Assembly: GCA_016748015.1 (NCBI GenBank)
Contig: JAAOMT010000299.1
Coordinates: 719,090 to 783,089 of the forward strand
Direction of reading: 5' to 3'
Source: Geosiphon pyriformis uo1
Lineage: Eukaryota > Fungi > Glomeromycota
DNA: 64,000 bases
A program made the translations under genes and the position numbers. Below the pieces are notes generated by a model, which saw nothing but the letters and a program-made list of their open reading frames with translations, did not search any database and was not told where the DNA came from. This document shows positions 11,801 through 24,026 of the stretch, in pieces (the first letter of the stretch is position 1; each line of letters begins with the position of its first letter).

Positions 11801-12871
11801 TACTTGGAATACTGACCAAACCTGGAGAACTGACAATGATCCAAACAAATCATCAACATAGGAGTAAAAAGAAACTGACAAGGGAAAAAGAAAAAAGAAA
11901 GAAGAAAAAACAACACCCACTTACACCACCACTTATAATTTCTACATTTACACTACATCACAATAACCTATTTATTGCTGACCAAAGCTTATATGCATTG
12001 ATTGCAGTAAGAAATTGTCATCAATGGATGCATACTGTGGCGATGATGAGGAATACCAGATGACAACTAAGTTCTATTGCCACCCATGCCTTATTGACCA
12101 CTTTGGAAGACCAAAACAAGTTAGAAAATAAGATAATAAGCCATGCTTGACTTGTGAAAAGACTCTTTTCAATGAAGAAATATAGAACAACATTCCTGGA
12201 AGAGGAGAAATATGTAACAAATTGTGTTAGTACATAATTCTTATAAGTGATTGGGTAAGAAAAAAACATCTATAGACATGGCCTAGAGACAAGTAGTCAA
12301 ATATCTGGACAGCTGTCCACACAATGACAACAAAATCTGGTGAATGACACTTGCCAAAATCGAAGGAGCATTACCAGAAGAAATAAAAACAATTAAAAAT
12401 AACCCACCTAAATTCATAGAACTTGACTGAAACCTAGAACCAGTCATAAATTTCCTGGATCTAAAACAATTTCACAAACACTACCAAGAATTAGCACCCA
12501 CAAAAAAAGAGCAAGAGCAACACTTAAAGCAGTTGAACATTCGACTGTGTCAACACTGCCTAATTTCATGTGACTTCCAATATTGTAATGAGTGTGACTA
12601 CATTTACAATTCACCACCATGCATGATCTACACAATCTCAGAGGAAAAAAAATCAATCAACAATTGTGCATTAGAATTAGAATCAATTTTTAATCCCAAT
12701 TTAAACTCTGACAATGACAACAACAAAAACAATGGTTCCAGCTCTGCTCAAAATGGCAAGAAAAATAATAGCAATTCAGACTCCAATTCAAACTTCAAAA
12801 CATACATTGTGCTTTCTGATCTCTCCAAGAAACAGAAACTCAGATAGTATAGTGACAACAATGAAAACATC

Positions 12872-13262
12872 ATGCCAGAATGTGTGCATAATACAGATAC
12901 AGAGTTTAATCTAAGATATCCAAGGAAAGATGTCATCAAATTAGAACCACATTTGCACATATGTATTGATCTCAAAGTAGCATTAGAAATCTCAGCAACC
13001 ACAATGGTTCAACTAGTATTTAGAAATAGCCTAGTGAAAAAAGGAATTAACATCAGAGGAGGAATAATTGACACAGGATATATGAGAAATATTATTATAA
13101 TGCTACAAAATAATTCAGAAAAGATCTATATCATAGAGCCAAATGAAAAAATAGCATAGGCAATATTCCTATTTCTAGTAAAAATAACTTAATTAATATC
13201 AGTAGAAAACAAGAAAAAATTAGAGATTACAGCTAAAGAAATACAGAGATTCGGATTAATGG
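12872..13262 (+). pseudogene. dUTPase domain within pol of element A
   Basis: TEFNLRY (motif 1), RNSLVKKG (2), GGIIDTGYMRNI (3), EKIA* (4), KEIQRFGL (5, decayed RGxxGFGS). Confidence 0.92.
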
Positions 13263-16104
13263 ATAGAATAGATATACCAGTCAATATGGCAGAAGAAGAG
13301 ATTATTGACAAGGAAGAAATTATCTTCATCCATCAACCAATCTCTATTCCACTATATAACCAGTACATGATAGTTATAGAGAGAAAAGTAAAAGATCAAG
13401 TTCAGATTTTTGAGACAGAAGCAATACTTTGTAAATCAAGAGAAATTGGATTAGTCAATTTACACATACCAGCCAAGAACTACAGTCACATCAAAATTTT
13501 CATTTACAACAACATAGAAAATATTATCAAAATACTAGAAAGAACCACTATTGGATACTTAACTACCGAAATTAAAGACCAACTGCCAAACACTATTCCA
13601 GACTTTTCACAACTGTGTGAATATGTAGATATTACATTACAAACAATATACAGACAAGAAGAATATTATTTGCTCCAACCAGAACAATTGAAATAGATGA
13701 ACTTGGGAAATTTAGACCCATTTCAATGAATACAGCTCAAAATGTTACTTAATAACTTCAAAAACATCTTCACCAGTAAAAATGAATTTGGCAGAACTGA
13801 CATAATTCAGCACCAGATCAAGACTAGAAATGCAATGCCAATCAAACAGAGAGCATACAGAATACTACCAGTTAGCCATGAGATCATTTGTCAAGAAATC
13901 AACCAGATGCTTGACAATGGGCTAATTTAGTCATTAATGAGCTCTTGGTTATTACCAGTGGTATTAGTCTGAAAGAAAAATAGAAAGATCTGTTTTTGTG
14001 TGGATTATTGAAAACTGAATGGAATAACTAAAGGTAATAGCTATCTAACTCCAAAGATCCAAGAACTGTTCAATGCTTTTGGAGAAAAGAAATGGTTCTC
14101 GACTTTAGACTTAGATAGTAGTTACTGGCAATTAGCCATGAAGTCAGAAGATAAAGAAAAAACAGCTTTTACAACATAAAAAAAGAATTTTGAATTTGAA
14201 GTTATGCCATTTGGCTTGATGAATGCTCTAGCCACTTTCCAATAACTTATGAAAATTATCTATACTGGACTACTATAGAAATTAGTAGTTATATACTTGG
14301 ATAACACCAATGTGTTTTTAGAAACATTTGATAATTATCTGTATTATCTCCAACAAGTATTTAAAAAACTCAGACAGGCAGAATTGAAACTAAATGCCAA
14401 CAAATACTTCTTTAGAAAAACTGAACTCAAGTTTTTAGAACATATTGTAAACAAAGATGGTATCAAAACGGATCCAGATAAGATTGAGATTGTTAAGAAC
14501 TTTCCAGTACCAAATAATTTCACAGAATTAAGAGCATTCTTGGAATTTGCTGAATACTACTACCACTTTATCAAAGACTTTTCCAAAATAGCTCAATTAC
14601 TATACCAATTCCAAACAAAGAACACCAAATATGAATGGACTGAAACTCAACAAGAAGCTTTTAATACACTAAGAAAAAAGCTTATTCAAGCCCCAGTACT
14701 AATCTATTCAGATTATAGCAAGCCATTCATAATCACAACTGATGCATTGGATTAAGCATTGAGAACAGTACTATTGCAGAGAAAACCAGATGGAAGAGAA
14801 CATCCAGTAGCTTATACCAGCAGAAGCTTAAAGTCCAGCTAAAAAAAACTATTGAACTCCAACACTAAAACACTTAGCTATTTATTGGGCTGTCACCAAA
14901 TGGAAAGAATACTTGAGTCAAAAGTTTAATGTGTACATTAATCACAAAGAATTGACTTCAATCCAGAAGCAAGAATTTGGAGATAATTGTTATGCAAGAT
15001 AGAAAATAGTACTATCATCATATACATTTACAGTACATTATAAAAAGAGAAAAGACAATGGAAATGCCAACAGTTTGTTGTGAATGAGACAAATCTAAAA
15101 ACATTTCAAACCCAAAAATATAACAAAACATGAATATACAAAAATACCAACAACTTTAATATTATATAAATACCCAATTGTTCAAGAAGAAATTATCTCA
15201 AAAGAAACAAAACAACATAAAACAACAATCAAAATATTTTATCAATTACCAAAATATACTTTACCAGAAGAACAAAAGAAATCCAGATCAACTAACCAAA
15301 GTAATTACAGAATCAGAGAAAGAGACAATATTATTCAACATGTACTCAGATCCAACAGCAGGACATTTTTATAAAAAAGCAACCATAGAAAGAACCAGGA
15401 AAAGATACTATTGGTCATCAATGTATCCAGACATCATCTAATATGTTCAAAATTGTAATGCTTATTAAAAAAGAGATGGAACAAAACTCAGCAAACTGTT
15501 AAAACCAATTAAAATAGGACAACCATTCAACTGAATTGGAATTGACTTAGTCAGACTGTTAATAATCACCAGCAGAGACAACAGATAGATCACAGTAGTC
15601 ATAGACTATCTTACTAAATGGCCAGAAACAAAAGCAATTCAAAAAGCAGATGCAGAATTCATTGCCAAATTCATTTATTAAAGATTTGATCTGTTGACAC
15701 AGATGTCCAAAAAAATTATTATTAGATCAAGGAACTCACTTTGTGAATAGAACATTGGCAGAATTAAGTCAAAGATTTGGGATAAAAAAACCATTATTAT
15801 CACCATACCATCCACAAACAAATGGGCTAGTTAAAAAATTTAACAGAACATTGTGTAAAGCCATCACCAAAATCAGCCAAAAAAACCAGAACGAATGGGA
15901 TTTGATTATATTATCAGTATTATTTGCTTATTGGACAATGAAGCAAGACACTACACAAGCAATACCATTCGAGTTAGTATATGAAAGAACAGCAACATTA
16001 CTAGTTGAGATAGAAGTCAAAACATATTCAACAGAACCAATAACAGAAGAGAATTTCCAAAGAACATTGTTAAGAAGAACATATGACTTAATGAAGACAC
16101 AGAA

Positions 16105-16584
16105 AACATTGTGAACAAAATAATCACAAAAGTAAAATTGGCAATAAAAACACAACCAAAAGTCACCCAATATCAAGAGTTGACTATAGATACTTGGAAT
16201 TGGTAGATACAACAATTTCCAAGAAACTTTTGTTACTTTTATTTGGGACAATACTTGAATATTCAAGGCTTGTATACAGATAAAACAAAACAATTATTTG
16301 ACACAACAATACTGCAACAACTGGAACAATTTATGGAGAAAAACAATTTGATCACACAAGCAAGAGCTATTTATTGACTACATACTGGATTTCAAGATTG
16401 ACCAGAAATCTTACTTCATCCAGAAATAAACTTCATTACCATTAACTAAATAGAAAAAATAACCAATGCTTAATTTGGAGAATTACAGAACAAGATAGCA
16501 CAAATAATTCTTAAAAAAGAAGTTCAAAAAATACTCAAAGATGAAGAATTAGAATTAGAAAATCTCAACAGAGCTCAATATTAA
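16105..16584 (+). pseudogene. ORF3 of element A (N-terminus deleted)
   Basis: Frame from 16141: ..CYFYLGQ..QARAIY*LH..ILLHPEINFITIN*IEKITNA*FGEL..NLNRAQY*. Aligns by eye with ORF 50944-51609. Confidence 0.8.
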
Positions 16585-16598
16585 AGAGAAGGAAATAA

Positions 16599-17459
16599 TG
16601 TTACTCATATAATATAGGAAGTATATTAACATATAAATTAGCCAATCAGAAGTAACTGTAGTAAATGTGGAATTCCAGAATTCCTCTTAAAAGAATTGTA
16701 GGATTCCAGGAATTTTAGGATTCTCATACAAGGAATCGCAGGATTCCAGAATTCCAAAATTCCTCTCAAAAGAATTGCAGGATTCCAAGAATTCCAGAAT
16801 TCCTGATGGGAAGAATTGAAGAATTGAGGAATCTCAATTATGTATATATAGCAGTAGTGCTAGAAGTAGAAAAGGCAGAATCTTTCAGTTAAAAACCTCT
16901 CAGTTTAGATTTGATCTAAGCAATCTTCCATTTACAAATATCAATAAATAATTATTCTCTATCTCAAATTCACTCTTCACTATCAATACTTCATGTTGAT
17001 AGTAATTGATACTTAACCACACTGGAACAATAGCTCTTGATCATGGCTATTGACAAGTTACTAACTTTTATTGTCTTGGCTTATTTCTTTATTTCTTTAT
17101 TTTTCTTTTATTTCTTCTATCTTCTTTGTTATTTCTTTATTGTGTACTAATTAATTAAGGGATTAAAGCACTAAATTATTGACATCAAGAATTGCCTGGT
17201 AAAAGACCTCTGTGAGTGGATAGAGCATGTAAAGAAATTATGGATTACTTATCAGAAGAGTACCAGTCATTAAGCTAAAGAACAAAATTAACAGAATTGT
17301 GATTCTGAGAAGCTATGGATAAACAACTATTAAATCTCTGTCCATTATACAAAGGACTCAAACCAAAACCTTTAGATTATCATCATTGCAAATAGCTTCT
17401 GAGCACCAAGTTATGAGTTTTGTTATTTGATTTGAGATCCCAAATAATCACCTATAACA
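16599..17459 (+). repeat. 3' LTR of element A
   Basis: Direct repeat of 7979-8854, preceded by the purine tract AAAGAGAAGGAAATAA. Confidence 0.96.
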
Positions 17460-17827
17460 GTGGCCAACATTTTTAAGAAAATCAAAAACCTTTTGTAAAT
17501 GTTTAAAATGTTCATCTTAGGTTTTTAAGTATATTATTATGTCATCCAAGTAGATTAGAACAAATTTTTTTTTTACTGATTTAAATACTTTGTTCATTAA
17601 ATATTAAAAGATAAAAGGGGCATTAGTAAGACCAAAAAGCATGATTGTGAATTCATAGATACCATATTTGGTAATAAAAGCAGTTTTCTTTCTACTTTCT
17701 GAATTTATTTCTATTTGTTAAAATCAAGCAATTATGTTAATAGTTGAGAAAAAAGCAGTATTATTGAATTTGTTTAATATTGCATCAATTTTGGGGAGTA
17801 AATATATGTTTTTTATAGTAATAGCAT

Positions 17828-18898
17828 TGTTACGAGTAAACTTGGTGGGTATGAGAAATGGTAACGTTTGGTGCTCTCAATTATTGATGATGTATCTTCC
17901 ATGTAATTCTGTTGGCTTAGTCTTGATTATCAGTCTCTAAAAGTCTATTCCTGGATGTGAATTTTACCCATTGAGTTCTTTGGTTATAAGGCACAGAGTT
18001 TGTCTTTCGTCAATTACAACATTTTTCATAAATGTGAGCTTTCTTTTCCAAGCTAACGAGTACAGTTGTTAGGGTCTGGCATTGTCTTTTCGCCCTTCTG
18101 GTAAGCTAACAAGATAATGTTAATATCCAAAACTTAGGGGGAGCTTTTCTCTTTTACCAGGCTATTATGAAGTCTATTCTCAGACAGTCGATTTTACTAT
18201 GTTGCCACTCCACAAAAATAAGACAGAAAAAGAAAGAAAAAGAAAAAGAAAAGAAAAGAAAAGAAAAGAAAAGAGAGAAAAGATAAATTAGTATCATCAA
18301 TTGCTATGATTAAAAGCGATTGGTCCAAATTGTTAATAGATTTGAGATGGTTATGCTAAGAGCATCTGTTCTAGAATGGAGGTATAAGACAAGGGTTAAT
18401 TCACGTAAATTCCACGAAGTTCGAGAACATGAATTTGTGATTCTGATTTTTTTAATAATTGGTTTATTTCAGGAGATGAAATAGGGAAGATAATAAAAGA
18501 TAAAGGGGTATGGATATTTTAATTCTGGTCTAAAGGTTCATATCTATCTGTCTGTTTTTTCTTACTTCTATAACTACTTGCTTTTATACATTCTTTTGGT
18601 TTTACAGGATTGCTTTCAATTGTCTCACTATTGCTAACTATTGCTTTGTTGTTTCTGTTATTGCTTCATTTTTCTATGTTATCGCTAGTTATCCTATATT
18701 ATAACACATTATCTGATGTTATTACATGTTATTCTGTGTTATCCTATGTTATTGCACGCTATTCTATTATCCTGCGTTATAATATGTTATCCTACATTAT
18801 AACATATTATCTAATGTTATTGCATATTATTTTGTGTTATGTCACGTTTTGGTCACATTTCTTCATAACTTTGGATCAGTTTTTCTACTCAGGTAACA
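17828..18898 (-). mobile_element. Solo LTR, family D (no other copy in window)
   Basis: TGTTAC..GTAACA ends and a perfect GCAT TSD; interrupts the RT of element B. Has an (AGAAA)n tract ~18225-18280 and a TGTTAT-rich minisatellite ~18680-18840. Orientation is inferred from the layout of the other LTRs. Confidence 0.9.
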
Positions 18899-21170
18899 GC
18901 ATTTACTGGTAATAATCAACACAGAAATATAGAATTTTACCTTTTTTGAATATCACTACAACTAAAAAAGCTTATTTACTCTTGGTTTTTTATATGAATC
19001 CAAGATTTTTTATTTGGTTATCTTTTTTTAATGAACTTATCATTGTGTTAATTGAATTGATAAGACTTTAGATAAATAAAGTGAGTTTTTTTGGTGATAA
19101 TAGTGTGTTGTATTACATAGATTTATCTAGAAGTATTATTTTTTTTTGAGATAACTGGGCTATTTCTAGCCAACAGATTTTTAATGTCTACTTTTCTTTC
19201 TTTAGAGAAGGGTTTTCTTTGTTTTATTGCAAGTAATTGGATCTTAGACAGTTTATTCTCAAAGAACTTTTGTATTTCTCTTAGTTTTTTTTGGTATTAG
19301 GCTAATAGGTTTCCAATCTTTATAGTAGATTAGACAAAATTTGTATTTATTACTAAGAGAATACAAGAGTTTATTACATCAACACTAGGCACAAGAGCCA
19401 TGTTACTAATAACTGTATTTTGCTTTCTTGTCAGGTTTTCTATCAAAGGTTCTTCTAAGAATATCATAGTAAAGTTAACAAATCAGCTTGCTATTTACAA
19501 TAATTCTTTTTTTGTTAACTTTAACATTGTCTAATAACTTGTTATTGCTAATGAAGATAATATAAACAAGTTTAGCAGTCTCTTCTGGTTCTTTTTGTTC
19601 TTCTTTTTCATCATTTTTTTTATCATCTGATTTATTTGATTGTTTTTTTTCTTGGTTCTGCTTGAGTACTGAAAAAGTTGTCTAATAGTGACACTTAACC
19701 ATAATGGATTTCTTACTACATCTAATGGTTAGTTTACAAAATTTATAATTAAGCAAGACTTTTGCCTTTTTAAGCTATTCATTGCCAACAATTATAGTAT
19801 ACTTTTTGGCTTTAGATACTTCTATATCAATTTTAATGCTAATACTATTGATGTAAACAGGAATAGTTTTGGCTATGCCCAGGTCTTTTTTCTTGTTATC
19901 ATGTATATTAGTTATAAACCAGATAGAAGATTTATCAATTTTTCTTTCAATGACTTTTAAAAAGTATTTGGCAATAACACTTACAGATAATCTACTGTCT
20001 AAGATCAAGTTAATAAAATAATCAGCCACTTGGGCTTTGCAAATAAGAAGGATAATATTGCTGTTGTCAGCAAATTCAGCTTGATGAAAGTATTTGTTAG
20101 TCTTTGGTGTCTTTTTTTTTAAAATCAGAGATTTGCAAAAAAATTTTTTGAATTATAAGTGAATCATTAATTGGCCAAAAATTATATGCATTGGGGTTTT
20201 CATGAGATTTTTAACAATAAAATAAAGACCAGATTTTTGTACTATTTATGAAAATTCTAACTTTGAAGAATTCTTAAAAACTTTAGTTTTTGGTGGCTCA
20301 TTGTTATTAATAATTAATGTAAATGCTTTGTTTGGATTTAGAATGAAATCAACCTTGGCTTTTTTTTTTCTTGTTAATTCAGAGGTATTGATTGCTAATT
20401 TATCTATGTTATGGTCATTATCAGTTAAATTAAAAGCAAAAAAAGAGTTTTTTTCTGGTTAGTTTGTACTCTTACTCTTTTGAAGATATGCCTATCAGTT
20501 TAAAAACTAATAAACAGTAGCTTTAATTAAGGGATCTTTTCCAAAGAAATTGATGTTAGCATAATTGAGTTTTTGATTAGAGACATTATTGTTATTGGTT
20601 CTGTTGTTCTGGTTATCATTATTTCTAAGAGCTGAAAGAGACAAAGGAGAATTGTTGCAATCTCTGAAGAAATGTTTAGTTAATCCACAGCAATAACACA
20701 CAAATAGGCCATAATTTTATTGTCTTTAATAAAATGATTGCTAGAGCTGATTAAAACAGGATTCAAATCTAAGTCTTTAAAGTTGTTGATTCTTTCTGAC
20801 TGCTTAGGCTAAGAGCTCTAATAACCAGGCAAGATTGGTTGTAAGCTTATCTATTAATTGTTCATTGAGATCTGGAGTTTAGGCAGCAAAAAAAGTAATA
20901 GTCATTTGAGAAGCAAGAGTTATAACAGGAGCAGAAGCAAAAACTGGTAATGTAAATCTCAAGTGCATTTTTTGATTGTCTTTAATTTGTTGGACAAGTT
21001 CAATAGCTATATCTATTATGAAATTGTTTTTCAGGGCCAGGAGAGGCCAAAAAGCATATGAAAGATTAGTTCTTAATTTTTTTGTAAAGAAGTAAATTTT
21101 CTGCTCTTCTGTTCAGTTTTTTTTTAAGTCTATCTATTTGATTAACTTTCTAATTGCTTTGGCATACTTG

Positions 21171-23775
21171 ACAGTAAAGAGAACATTTGTGCAAACAATC
21201 AAATTTCTATTTAATTCATCAGAACCAACTATATAAAAGAAATAGAAAAGATTCTGATCACCTCTAAAGAGTTATAAGATTTGAAGAAAAAGAAATTGTG
21301 ATCTATAATATGTACACTAATCTATTAGCTAGACACTTTGGAAAAACAAAAACAATTCAGAAAATCTTAGCTCACTATTATTGGCCTATCTTAAGAAAAA
21401 ACATTGCTGAGTACATCAAAATCTGTGACATCTGTCAAAGAAGAAAAAAACCTAGTCACAAAAAAAATATTTATTCAATCTCTGTTGGTTAATCATTTGA
21501 CAAAATTAGTATAAATGTTATTAGACCTTTAACAATAACTCCTAATAACAATATATATATTATTACAGCCACTGATTATCTTACAAAGTGAGTAGAAACA
21601 AGAGCCATTTCAAACCAAACAACAGTTTTAATAACCAATTTTATTTATAAAGATATTATTTGTTACCATAACTGTTCCAAAAAACTTTTATTTAATAGAA
21701 AAAGAGCTTTTTTTAGTACATTGGTTAAAGAATTTTGTAGAAAAATAGGAATATATTATAAACTTTCTTTTTTTTATTTCTAAACAACCAGTCTAATGGA
21801 ATATTTTAACAAAATTCTATGTAAAACCTTAGCCAAAACCAGTGAAGAAACAAACTTATAAAACAAAGTGCTGTCTTCAGTTTTGTTTACTTATAGAACT
21901 GTAAATTATGATATAATAAGTTATAAACTCTTTTATTTGCTCTATGAACAAATAACAATTCTACTAATAAAAACTAATATTAAGACAATACCTTTTGAAA
22001 AAATCACAATAAGAAATTATAAAAACATTTTGCAAAAAAAACTTAATACTATTCTTAACTTCTTAGTAGAAGCATGAATAATTGTCTTTAAAAAGATAAA
22101 ACAGTTCCAAGAAAAGCTTAAGAAAAAAAGAACTTATAAAATACTTTCCTTAAATATTGGTGACTTATTTTTGGAATATCACTTAGACAAAGACAATATT
22201 TATGATAATAAATTTTCTAGCTGGTGGAAAAGACTCTTTAGTCAACAAAGTTTTGAACAATGGTTTTTATATCTTATAAGATCAATATAAAACAATCTTT
22301 AATAATCATCCTATTTATAATACATAACTCAAGAAATATTACAAATAACTTAATTGGTTGTCAATTATGATAATACCAACCCAAATAATCAGCAAAAATC
22401 AGATATAAATAAATACATTATTCCTAAAACAAAAATATTTTCAATTAACATAAACAATTATTTCCTAAATTAAAATATTCAAAACACTTTCTATACTTTT
22501 CATGAGTATTGAATCAAAAACTATCTAAATGCTACCCTGACCATTGAAAAACAAACTACTATAACTAATAATAGTGGAACACATACTGTTATTAGACCAA
22601 AAAAAACCACTATCAAAAGAAAAAAAATTGGTAGCAAAATAAATAAATATCTGCTAGAAAGCATAACAGCAATAATACTTGTATTTTTCAGTACAATTAA
22701 AAAAACATTCCAAGAAATCTTGCCTATAGACAAAAACTTGTCATATAGAAGGCAATTAGAACTCTATAGTCATCTTGGTAAAATCATAAAAGATATAAAA
22801 TTCATAAAGAAAACAACTTTAAAGATACAGATAGAAATTTTGGGCATTATATTATTAAATGTCTCAAGAGTTTTGATTATTGCTAAAAAAGCCAAAACTT
22901 TTATACAAAGATTTGGTTTCTTGGATACAAAACTTATTTTGCCTTAGGTATTATATATATTATTTACAAAAAACTTCAATAAACTAGTTAGTTTTGAGTT
23001 AGACAAAACTTTTCAAATAAATTATTTAATAAATAGTTTAATTTCACTGGAGCTTAATTTTTTTGGAGAAAATAATGTTATGATTGAAATTTATACTTTT
23101 TATTAGTAATTATATGTATTAGCCATTGATAATATATAATTAGCCACTCTATTTTTAGATAGTAATCATTGACCTAATCCATAATCTAACTATTGACTTA
23201 ATCACTGACCTAGTTATTAATCTGATTATTGACTATTTTTAATAGCTATATAAGCAATGAATCTTTTAGCTGTAAAAAAACATAATCAAAGTAATGAAAT
23301 AAAACCCACTATTAATTACTTTCTTTCATATTGTTTATTTTCTTTTTTCTACCTTTAAGTATTTGAATATCTTAGAATAAAAGATTACTTGTTGGCATTT
23401 ACATATCTTATCTTTTTTTTTTCTTGATTTGTATTGTTAAAATTAGCCTAAGAAACAATTACTTGCTTTTGTAATTCATTAAATAAAAAAATAATTGAAA
23501 AATACAACAATATTTGTTATTAATTTTAAAAATTACTGAGTAAGACATAAAATAATAGCAGCAGTATTATTTTGTTAACAATTATGGACTATTTTTCTAC
23601 TTTTAAATTTTCAGAAAAGATTTGTAACTGTAATTTTTATGAGATTGATCATGTATTTTGAATTCTTACTCATTCAATTTGCTCTTATATTGTAATTTTC
23701 TTTTTAATTATTTTTATTACCCTACAATTTTATTTTTTTTTGCTATTTGTTAACTTGTTACTCTAATTCATAACA
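21171..23775 (+). mobile_element. 3' half of a second family-B element (IN, ORF3, 3' LTR 23076-23775)
   Basis: Integrase zinc finger (H..H..CDIC), ORF3, PPT GGAGAAAATAA, LTR TGTTATG..ATAACA. Inverted relative to 4568-7125. Confidence 0.9.
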
Positions 23776-24026
23776 ATATAAAAAATTTTGTTTTAATAGA
23801 CAAATAATAAGAAGTGTTTTGTAATAATTTTTTTGCAAAGTTATTTTGAATTACTTAATAGATAAAAAAAATTGGGTTTAAAACCAGATAAAATAAGACT
23901 TAAGATTAATAAAATCATGAAAAAGTAAACAAAAAAGCAAATTATGTCTTTAAAGTTGTCTAATTTTTGGTTTTGCCAATATATGTTTTTGGTTTATATA
24001 AATAATAATGCTTTTTTTAAAATTAT
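23776..24026 (+). mobile_element. LINE ORF2 remnant (linker before RT)
   Basis: Decayed coding (..IIRSVL..KVILNYL..KIMKK*TKK..W..QY..) that continues at 32507 across the TSD of element C. Confidence 0.6.

Larger units (their letters stand above)
8856..16114 (+). pseudogene. gag-pol of element A (many stops)
   Basis: Capsid-like EKFTSKEDDAQVWL ~9900; decayed CCHC knuckle ~10610-10660; protease LILDSRSAGSII ~11310; RT (YLDN for YLDD at 14294-14305); RNase H TDA ~14740; integrase YHPQTNGLV ~15805. Confidence 0.92.
7979..17459 (+). mobile_element. Near-full-length Ty3/Gypsy element A (gag-PR-Cys-rich-dUTPase-RT-RH-IN-ORF3), inactivated
   Basis: LTRs 7979-8854 and 16599-17459 (TGTTAC..AACA), TSD GTGA/GTGG, PBS 8857-8873, PPT ~16583-16598. 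The interrupted host RT rejoins exactly across the TSD (compare 34150-34170). Confidence 0.96.
4568..21170 (-). mobile_element. Ty3/Gypsy element B, 5'-truncated; hosts element A and solo LTR D
   Basis: 3' LTR 4568-5240, then ORF3 ~5240-5930, integrase ~5950-7130, RNase H/RT 7250-7978 resuming 17460-17827 (YLDD at 17541-17552) and 18899-, protease LILDS at ~19990-20010, gag to 21170. Collinear with the reverse complement of the element at 24027-32502. Confidence 0.9.

Noticed and set aside
18610-18912. Hydrophobic 100-aa ORF as a membrane-protein gene
   Set aside because: It is the translation of the LTR D minisatellite and crosses the LTR boundary.
4564-23779. ATAC/ATAT flanks as a TSD around one element with inverted LTRs (two-donor integration)
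   Set aside because: The LINE flanks are not contiguous: the left stops at the APE ..FFNT (DH expected next) and the right resumes in the later linker. The 4-mer match is probably chance plus the shared target preference.
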